From positions 1 through 37,492 of the forward strand of contig JAUVNS010000029.1 of the NCBI GenBank assembly GCA_030599585.1: a stretch of DNA of 37,492 nucleotides, in the 5' to 3' direction. Positions within the stretch are counted from its first letter, which is position 1. Every line of letters begins with the position of its first letter. The stretch comes from Promethearchaeota archaeon (GTDB taxonomy: Archaea > Asgardarchaeota > Lokiarchaeia > Sigyniarchaeales > SOKP01). The notes beneath the pieces are model-generated. The model made no database searches. It saw only the letters and a program-made list of their open reading frames with translations, and was not told where the DNA came from. A program made the position numbers and the translations under genes. Below are positions 30,754 through 37,492 of this stretch, piece by piece.

Positions 30754-31245
30754 TTATAGCTTTTTTCCACAGTTTTTGCAAAATTGCCAACTATAAGAAA
30801 TCTCTTCACCGCATTTTGTACATTTATTAGAGACAGGTTTTACCTTATAATCATCAACATTCTGTGTGTTTTTACTTGTTTTATTCGCGAGTAATACCGT
30901 TGAATTTATCATTTCACTTAAATTGATACTTTCTAAGCGGCCAATACTTCTGTTATTCGCCATAGTTATAGAAAACAAAAGACCGTCCCTGGTTTCAACG
31001 ACTACAACGTAAATTTTTTGGATTTTAGCGCTATAGGCTTTTTTAATTTGAGTTAAAGGAATTACAAAACCATCTTTATAATTATCAACTGAGGAACCCC
31101 TTTCAGTAAGGTTTATATTTGATTTTTTTACAAGTGAAAGTTCTATTGCTGATAAAACGATTCTTCCATATTCCATACTAAACTTCCAGTTTTTTACTAC
31201 TTCCCCTTCGCAAAAATAACCTTCGGTACTATATACTAACGCCAT
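30754..31245 (-). CDS. Putative PH/GRAM-like beta domain + C-terminal zinc ribbon protein
   Basis: G.IVLS..EL.LV, F.IPL.QIKK, beta strands then a terminal helix (PH-like pattern, tentative); CTKCG-x7-FCKNCG.KL. Confidence 0.6.
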   Translation of the reverse strand: MALVYSTEGYFCEGEVVKNWKFSMEYGRIVLSAIELSLVKKSNINLTERGSSVDNYKDGFVIPLTQIKKAYSAKIQKIYVVVVETRDGLLFSITMANNRSIGRLESINLSEMINSTVLLANKTSKNTQNVDDYKVKPVSNKCTKCGEEISYSWQFCKNCGKKL

Positions 31246-31417
31246 TTTTTTTTATTTTCTTTTTTATATTTTTTGTCTTATTCTTAGTTTCTTATTTTAT
31301 ATGTGTACTACCGTATTAATAAGTCTAGTAGTCCAATTTTTAAAAAGAGCAAAAATTTTTATAGCTATAATTTGATTATACCTTTAAAACCTTATATAAA
31401 GAAAAAGAGAGAAAAAT

Positions 31418-31957
31418 ATGTCGCTTCAAAAAACACGAGAATTTATGCTTAATGAGAAAATGATTTCTTTGACGGACAAGGGTGAGATCAGGAATTTAGA
31501 CAACGAATTACTAGGGACTTTTAGAGGAAAGTTAATAAAGATCGGTAATACCTACAGGATAAGAGATCTTGACGAGGTTCCCATATTGACAGTTGCAGAA
31601 AAGATAATCTCTCTTCGCTCATCTTATAAATTTTATAGAGGAGGGGAGAAAGAGGACGATAAATTAATTGGGCAGCTAAAAAGAAAGCTTGTATCCATTA
31701 AGCCTAGTTATTGGTTTGAGGATCCTAACGAGAATAAAGTTTTCACAATGAAGGGAAACCTCATGACGCTTAAATTCAAGATTTTAAAAGACGGCCAGGA
31801 AGTCGCCGAAATACGAAAAAAGTTATGGAAAAGTCTCCTAAAGAATACGTTTGGAATTAAAATGGCTCCAGATCTTGACGACGAATCCGCAATGCTTATC
31901 CTTGGCATAGTCATCATGCTCCACCACGAAAAAGAGGAAAATAGGAAAAGACGTTAA
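31418..31957 (+). CDS. LURP-one/Tubby-C/scramblase-fold protein
   Basis: F.LNEKMISL.D...I.......LG...GK, I.D.DE..IL...EK.ISL...Y, GNL....F.I...GQEVAEI.KK, TFGI....D.D...LILGIVI.L pattern of YxjI/LURP proteins. Confidence 0.8.
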   Translation: MSLQKTREFMLNEKMISLTDKGEIRNLDNELLGTFRGKLIKIGNTYRIRDLDEVPILTVAEKIISLRSSYKFYRGGEKEDDKLIGQLKRKLVSIKPSYWFEDPNENKVFTMKGNLMTLKFKILKDGQEVAEIRKKLWKSLLKNTFGIKMAPDLDDESAMLILGIVIMLHHEKEENRKRR

Positions 31958-32144
31958 GACTTAAGAGTCTAGTTTATTTCTTTGTTTTTTTTTTCTAATT
32001 TTGTTTTTTTTAATCCTAAAGTAAGTGCGTTTTCAAATAAATTTTAATATCGGAAATTTTATATTTTGGTAAAAGGACTATTACGTTAAATTAAACCGTT
32101 TTTAAATCTAATTTTTAAACTTAAACATGTTATAAAAATAACTT

Positions 32145-33071
32145 ATGACCGAAATCTACGATGAATTCATAGTTTACGACCTCGAAAACTCGGGAGACCG
32201 GACGAGATTAAATATTAAGCCAGAAGAGCTTAAAAATCATTTAAATCCGGAACAAGTGCTAATAATTATTCGTGAGGACCTTAGGAGGATTTTTATTTGG
32301 AAAGGAGTGAAATCTCCTGTAAGAAAAAGGTTCATAAGCTCTCGAGTAGCGCAGGATTTGCAAAGAGATTTAATTCAAGACGCCCGGTATCATAGATGTA
32401 AAATAGTCTCCATAGATCAAGGAGATGAACTCCAAGAATTTTTAAGCGCGTTCAGGTTAGAATCTATGGAAGTAACAGAGCGCCCTCCCGATATGCGCTA
32501 TGTAAGAAATGTTGAACGCGATAGGTTACTTGAGGTAGAACGCCTTGAAAGAGAATCAAAAGCGAAGAAGGTAAAACCTGAAGAAGAATACTATTCTCCA
32601 GCTTTAGAGGACACGACTGATGATATCGTAATGTCCTCAATTGGAATAGGACTCCCTTTGAAAAAAGAAAAAGGTCGATCTGTACAACCTTCTAGAAATA
32701 ATGCCACTATTGGATTAGCAGAAGAGGAAAAAGAAAAAATCAAAGAAAAAATATTAAAAATTAGCGTCCCAGAAAATATGGAACGTCAAAACCTAATTCT
32801 TGGACATACCTTATATGGCGCCGTTTCGAAAGTAACAGATGTTTTTGGGAAGAATGTTGTAGAGATTGTGTGGGAAAAAGTCAAGAAAGTTCCGAAAGGC
32901 GTACTTGAATTGGATGATAACGTATTTAGAGTTTATTTTGATGATAAGAAGGGAATAGTCGAAGCAATAGAAGTTCTCAAGAAAAGTGAACCGCCAGCCA
33001 AACCTAAAGTTGAAAAACCTAAGACCGCTACTAGAAGAGAACTACCAAAAATCCCTAGTAAAGAAGATTGA
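32145..33071 (+). CDS. Single gelsolin-like domain protein with additional C-terminal domain
   Basis: LNPEQVLIII.EDLRRIFIWKG.KSPVRKRFISSRVA..L......KIVSIDQGDE..EFL..F matches the gelsolin/villin repeat pattern (L.s.d.fild....iyvW.G..s...e...a...a..l......v....qG.E...F). Confidence 0.82.
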   Translation: MTEIYDEFIVYDLENSGDRTRLNIKPEELKNHLNPEQVLIIIREDLRRIFIWKGVKSPVRKRFISSRVAQDLQRDLIQDARYHRCKIVSIDQGDELQEFLSAFRLESMEVTERPPDMRYVRNVERDRLLEVERLERESKAKKVKPEEEYYSPALEDTTDDIVMSSIGIGLPLKKEKGRSVQPSRNNATIGLAEEEKEKIKEKILKISVPENMERQNLILGHTLYGAVSKVTDVFGKNVVEIVWEKVKKVPKGVLELDDNVFRVYFDDKKGIVEAIEVLKKSEPPAKPKVEKPKTATRRELPKIPSKED

Positions 33072-33137
33072 GTATCAAGTGGACTTTTTAATTAATACTT
33101 TTAAAATAAAGTTAAATATGCGAGATTCTCGCTGGTT

Positions 33138-33818
33138 TTATTGTTCGTACGAATCTTCGTCCTCTACTTCGATCTCTTTGAGGGTTTCCTTTTCTGATTC
33201 TTCTTCTGATTCTTCTAAATCATTGTTGTCAGCAATTTCTTGAACATTTTCAATAGTTTCAGGTGGTTTCTCCTCTTCTTTTTCCACTTCTACTTTTTTC
33301 TCGGGTTTGTTTTTCTTTTTAATTTTCTTTAAACCTTCAATTGCTTCTTTGCGTACTATCGGAGAAGGGTCTTTGAGAGCTTTTGCTAACACATCAAGAG
33401 AGTGAGGGTGTGCAAAATCGCCCAATTCATCAGCAGCTTCTTTTCGAACTAACGCGTCTCTGTCGTTTAATAGTATGTAAGCAAAAATCCCTAGAACCTC
33501 GTTTTCTCCTAATTCTCCTAATGTGTTTACAGCATCTTTCCTAACGCCGGGATTAGGATCTGTTAAAGCCGTGTTGGCTAATTCCTTTAATGTTCTATCC
33601 GAATATCCAAGCGGTTGTATGCCGCTTAAGTCCACTCCGCAAAATTTGCAGAAATTGTGTCCAATTTTAATGACTTTTCCACACGAAACGCAAATACGCT
33701 GAGTTTCAAAATCAACTCCAGGTTTTGTAAAGCTCGTGGGAGTTGGTTCACTTACAGGTTCTTTATTTACCCTATAAGGATTTTTCGCACGATTATGATT
33801 ATACTTATCGTTTCCCAT
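33138..33818 (-). CDS. Zinc-ribbon + HEAT-repeat (PBS-lyase type) protein with acidic tail
   Basis: CVSCG-x7-FCKFCG; three D.....VRK.A...L repeats; E/K-rich disordered C-terminus. Confidence 0.8.
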   Translation of the reverse strand: MGNDKYNHNRAKNPYRVNKEPVSEPTPTSFTKPGVDFETQRICVSCGKVIKIGHNFCKFCGVDLSGIQPLGYSDRTLKELANTALTDPNPGVRKDAVNTLGELGENEVLGIFAYILLNDRDALVRKEAADELGDFAHPHSLDVLAKALKDPSPIVRKEAIEGLKKIKKKNKPEKKVEVEKEEEKPPETIENVQEIADNNDLEESEEESEKETLKEIEVEDEDSYEQ

Positions 33819-34000
33819 TTTATATACTCTTTTTATTATTTCTTTAGATTGCTCCTTTTAACTTAAGATCATAATAGAATTTAGTTTTAATTAACTTAAT
33901 GGAGACCAATTTTTGAAAATCAAATATTTCAGTAAAAAAATGATCAATTTTTATATCGAAAGTGTGTTTATTAATTATTGGTTTCAAAAGGTAATCAATC

Positions 34001-34828
34001 GTGATAATTGATAGTCATGTGCACATTTGTGGACTTCCATTGAATCAGGATTACATAAAATGTACGACAACCAATGGTGAAGTAATTACATTACCATTCA
34101 AGAGAGCTAACTGCTCTGTAAATCACCTTCTAAAGACCATGGAAAAATATAACATTGATATGGCTCTTGTCAATGCAGTTCCGGGAGTAATAACTAATAG
34201 TCAATTGTCTCAAATCGTTAAGGAACATCCGGAAAAGATGATGGGATTTGCTTGGATTGACAAGCCTTTAGATGAAGATAAATCAGTAGATGAGTTGGAG
34301 GAAGCATATTACACTTTAAATCTCAAAGGTCTTAAATTGCATCCAGGAATTCAGCAATTAAACCCCGGAGATCCTAGAATTTATCCCCTTATTAGAAAAG
34401 CTGCTGAATTAAGTATGCCAGTCTTTATTCATACATATCCTTGGCCTATAGACACATTTAATTTTACAAAACCCGAGTATATCTATATACTAAAAAAGCA
34501 TGTTCCAGATGCAATAATCATAGTTGGTCACACAGGTTATCAACGTTTCATGGATCTCTTACCCCTTATGGATTATCCTGGAATCTATGTCGAAACCTCA
34601 TTTGGCCTTGAGTTGATTTCTAACTTGCATGGTATCAAATTTGCAGAAAGATTTATTCGTAGAATCGGTATTGATAAAGTTGTTTTTGGCTCAGATTGGA
34701 TGGGTACTCAAGATGGGAATCAAAGGATAGAGGAGAATAATTTGAAAATTTTCGATAAAATGGAACTTACAGAGGAAGAAAAAACTAAAATTCTGGGTGA
34801 GAATATCAGAAAGGTATTAGGATTATAA
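34001..34828 (+). CDS. Amidohydrolase_2 family metal-dependent hydrolase
   Basis: IIDSHVH, GLKLHP, PVFIHT, IIVGH.G, YVETS, KVVFGSDW, KILGEN. Confidence 0.88.
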   Translation: MIIDSHVHICGLPLNQDYIKCTTTNGEVITLPFKRANCSVNHLLKTMEKYNIDMALVNAVPGVITNSQLSQIVKEHPEKMMGFAWIDKPLDEDKSVDELEEAYYTLNLKGLKLHPGIQQLNPGDPRIYPLIRKAAELSMPVFIHTYPWPIDTFNFTKPEYIYILKKHVPDAIIIVGHTGYQRFMDLLPLMDYPGIYVETSFGLELISNLHGIKFAERFIRRIGIDKVVFGSDWMGTQDGNQRIEENNLKIFDKMELTEEEKTKILGENIRKVLGL

Positions 34829-34923
34829 TCATCTATTTCTCTAAATACTCAAATCCAATTTATCCTAGATGAGTTTGATATAGCTCGTAAAAAGTAAATA
34901 GGTTAAAAAAAAATTGTGTTGTT

Positions 34924-35985
34924 TTAAGCTATGGTTATATCCTTAGCTAAATAAACGTCTTGCACTGCGTTAAGTATTTTAATTCCCTCCGGTGTAGGTT
35001 TCTTAAATGCTTTTCTACCTAATATGAGTCCCATACCACCAGAGCGTTTGTTGATGACTGCTGCTTTCACAGCATCAGCTAAATCGTTTCCACCCGTTTC
35101 TCCACCAGAGTTAATTAATCCAACCCTTCCCATATAACAATTGGCTACTTGATAACGGTTCCATTCAATGGGATGATCTGTTGCTAATTTGTCGTAAACA
35201 AGCTTGTCGGTTTTCCCGAAATTTAAATCGAGGAAGCCACGATTTAACGTAGATAATTTCTGTTTTATAATATCAGCCTCTATGGTAACTCCGAGATAGT
35301 TTGCTTGGCTTTCTAAATCGTTTGCTGTGTGATAATCCTTTCCATCTTTTATAAATTCTTCCTTGTTTCTTAGATAGGTCCATAGGACGCAAGCTAGTCC
35401 AAGTTCGTGAGCGTATTTGAACGCTTCAGACGTTTCTTGAATGTGTCTCCTTGAGAATGGAGATCCAAAATATACTGTTGAGCCAATAGCTGCGGCGCCC
35501 ATATCCCAAGCTTGATCAACGGTAGCGAACATGGTTTGATCTGATAAGTTTGGTTTAGTGAGCAATTCGTTGTGATTAATTTTTACAATAAATGGAATTT
35601 TGTGCGCATACTTCCTACTAATTGAACCTAACACGCCAAGAGTAGACGCTACGCCGTTACACCCTCCCTCTAACGCTAATTTGACGATGTTTTCTGGATC
35701 GAAATATCGAGGATTGATCGCAAAACTGGCTGAAGCAGTATGTTCAATACCTTGATCTACAGGAAGAATAGAAATATAACCAGTGCCCGCTAATCTACCA
35801 CGCTGATTAAACATGCGTTCTAAATTATTCAGGACTAGATTATTACGATCAGAATGCTCCCAGACTCTATCTATAATATCTGGACCTGGAATATGAATCA
35901 TTTCTTTTGGAATACCTGTACACGTGTGATTTAAAAGCTTATCCGCATCATCGCCGAGTAATTTTTTAATTTCTTCAAAATTAAT
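34924..35985 (-). CDS. fbaB: Class I fructose-bisphosphate aldolase (FbaB/DhnA type), probable ATT start
   Basis: [73 protein letters not shown]. The conserved N-terminal [16 protein letters not shown] lies in frame upstream of the ORF-track ATG (35901), back to ATT 35985. Confidence 0.93.
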   Translation of the reverse strand: MNFEEIKKLLGDDADKLLNHTCTGIPKEMIHIPGPDIIDRVWEHSDRNNLVLNNLERMFNQRGRLAGTGYISILPVDQGIEHTASASFAINPRYFDPENIVKLALEGGCNGVASTLGVLGSISRKYAHKIPFIVKINHNELLTKPNLSDQTMFATVDQAWDMGAAAIGSTVYFGSPFSRRHIQETSEAFKYAHELGLACVLWTYLRNKEEFIKDGKDYHTANDLESQANYLGVTIEADIIKQKLSTLNRGFLDLNFGKTDKLVYDKLATDHPIEWNRYQVANCYMGRVGLINSGGETGGNDLADAVKAAVINKRSGGMGLILGRKAFKKPTPEGIKILNAVQDVYLAKDITIA

Positions 35986-36081
35986 TTTCTTTCACCAGTT
36001 TTTTTAAGTTAAAACTAACAAAGAAATAAGAGCCTTACTATAAAATGTTTTACTTTTAATTTTTTACCTAAAAAATAGCGT

Positions 36082-36375
36082 TTAATCTGTATGAGAGTCG
36101 GAGTTAAAAAATTCTTTTAACAAATCAGAAAGAAGGTGATAATTATTTGAGTTAATCTTCGACTTACCGCATTCCATCTTTAATAAAATCTTACGTTTCT
36201 CAGGTCCGTTAGTTTCCAGTTTTATTGTTAATTTTTTGCTAAGATACTTAGAGTTTTCAGCTGTTTTTGAGCTTTTTCCCCACAAATCTTCTAATCGCTC
36301 TATTGCCCTTTCTTTCTTATTCGCACGGTCAATAGGATTTACGGTTTGAGTTCGGGTTTTCTCCATTACATTCAC
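36082..36375 (-). CDS. Hypothetical protein (97 aa, basic)
   Basis: Only sizeable ORF in a ~550 nt gap; no recognisable motif. Confidence 0.5.
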   Translation of the reverse strand: MNVMEKTRTQTVNPIDRANKKERAIERLEDLWGKSSKTAENSKYLSKKLTIKLETNGPEKRKILLKMECGKSKINSNNYHLLSDLLKEFFNSDSHTD

Positions 36376-36536
36376 ACTTCTCTAAAATTGAATATTTTTA
36401 CTAGTATATATATTTTTAAAACTTTCTATAAAAAGCCCATCATTCTATTAGTTCAACAACCGTCACTTAAATTGTGGAGAAATCTAAATAACAATAAATA
36501 AATGTAAAAAAAGTAGAAAATAAAAAAAAAAAGAAT

Positions 36537-37490
36537 TTAGAAATTTGCTATTAAAATCTGGAGATCAGTTAAAATTTGGTTACATAGCGTTTCAAAATCG
36601 TCACTGGTAACCCACGCATTCTTGAATATGCCATTTCCGAAATCTATTCCGTCTTCGTCAGTTTTTAACCCGGTTAATAAAGGTTTTATATCGTGTAGTA
36701 GCTTATCGTAAGCTTCCCCAAATTCCAGCGATATTACCAATACTTTTAATTCAATTAATTTATTTAGCATCGCATCTTTCCGCTGATCTGCGGGGTCACC
36801 CCACTGCTCGTCAGGACTTTCTTGGATTGCTAGCATAAGTTGGTCGATCTCCCATACAACAAATTCTTTCATTTCTTCAAATGTAATTGTAAACATTCCT
36901 AGTTCTAAAGTATATAGCGAATCTCCCTCACGATCGTCATCAGCATCCCATATTTCAATTTGAACGTTATGATCTCCAATTTCCATTGCCCATGAATTAA
37001 AAAACATAAATTCAAAATGAGTTTCAGTTTCTAAAGGTTCATATGAATCCACTATGATATCGTCAATAATGATGATAATCATTGAAATTCCCATATCATC
37101 CCCGGAAATATCATCTACAGCGTCAAACGAGATAGCTACATAATAGATCATTTCTTGGATATTAAGATTAGATATCTGAGGTGGTGTTGTGTCATCGTCA
37201 TCTATCGTAATTGGTACTGATAACGATGCAGATAAGGAATCTCCTAGTCTATCGTTGTCAGCATCTGTTGCGGTAAAAGTAAAGGAATGAGTCCCAGGAT
37301 CGCTTGGCACAACGTAAGTAACCGTTGATAATCCCGTAATTCCGGAGGGATCTGTTGCAGTGAATATGACCGTTCCTGGATCTTCGTCTGTAAAAGCTCC
37401 TGTGTATTCATAAGTAATGGTAGGAAGATCTTGATCGTCGTCTTCAATTGATATTGAGACGGTTAACGATGTAGATAAGGAATCTCCTAG
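36537..37490 (-). CDS. 3' part of a large repetitive acidic protein with Ig/cadherin-like repeats (5'-truncated)
   Basis: Frame open to the window end (LGDSLSTSLTVSISIEDDDQDLPTITY...); recurring DADxDRxGDSL motif; 28/29-nt DNA repeat at 37221-37249 and 37464-37492 (243-nt period); helical C-terminal domain. Confidence 0.8.
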   Translation of the reverse strand, partial: LGDSLSTSLTVSISIEDDDQDLPTITYEYTGAFTDEDPGTVIFTATDPSGITGLSTVTYVVPSDPGTHSFTFTATDADNDRLGDSLSASLSVPITIDDDDTTPPQISNLNIQEMIYYVAISFDAVDDISGDDMGISMIIIIIDDIIVDSYEPLETETHFEFMFFNSWAMEIGDHNVQIEIWDADDDREGDSLYTLELGMFTITFEEMKEFVVWEIDQLMLAIQESPDEQWGDPADQRKDAMLNKLIELKVLVISLEFGEAYDKLLHDIKPLLTGLKTDEDGIDFGNGIFKNAWVTSDDFETLCNQILTDLQILIANF

Positions 37491-37492
37491 TC

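Overview
AT-rich, gene-dense archaeal chromosomal segment, most likely from an Asgard archaeon of the Lokiarchaeia type. This is an inference from the Cdc6/Orc1, a single-domain gelsolin, many zinc-ribbon fusion proteins, GGTGA-type ribosome binding sites and frequent TTG/GTG starts. About 33 credible CDS; no rRNA, tRNA, CRISPR array or IS element recognised. Left part: partial trxB, then a XerA-type tyrosine recombinase preceded by a dif-like 11-6-11 inverted repeat and followed directly by cdc6/orc1, with a shared ATATCACGA motif upstream of both genes. Next are an extended SDR convergent on a steroid 5-alpha-reductase-family gene, DUF362, a class V PLP enzyme, tldD/tldE, a soluble IFT52/GIFT-like protein, purA, DUF47+PiT, methyltransferases, tyrosine phenol-lyase, hypB, and Ord-like and HemL-like enzymes. 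The stretch from ~24 to 34 kb is rich in eukaryote-like modules: two tandem paralogues with an Rpn10/Ssl1/MERIT40-type vWA domain + PHD/RING-like finger + zinc ribbon, a divergent TrmB-like HTH/coiled-coil protein, archaetidylserine synthase beside two Tubby/scramblase(LURP)-fold proteins and a possible PH-like protein, a gelsolin-domain protein and a zinc-ribbon-HEAT protein. The window ends with an amidohydrolase, a class I aldolase that appears to start at an ATT codon, and the 3' part of a repetitive Asp-rich protein. All family calls come from motif recognition by eye; no searches were run.
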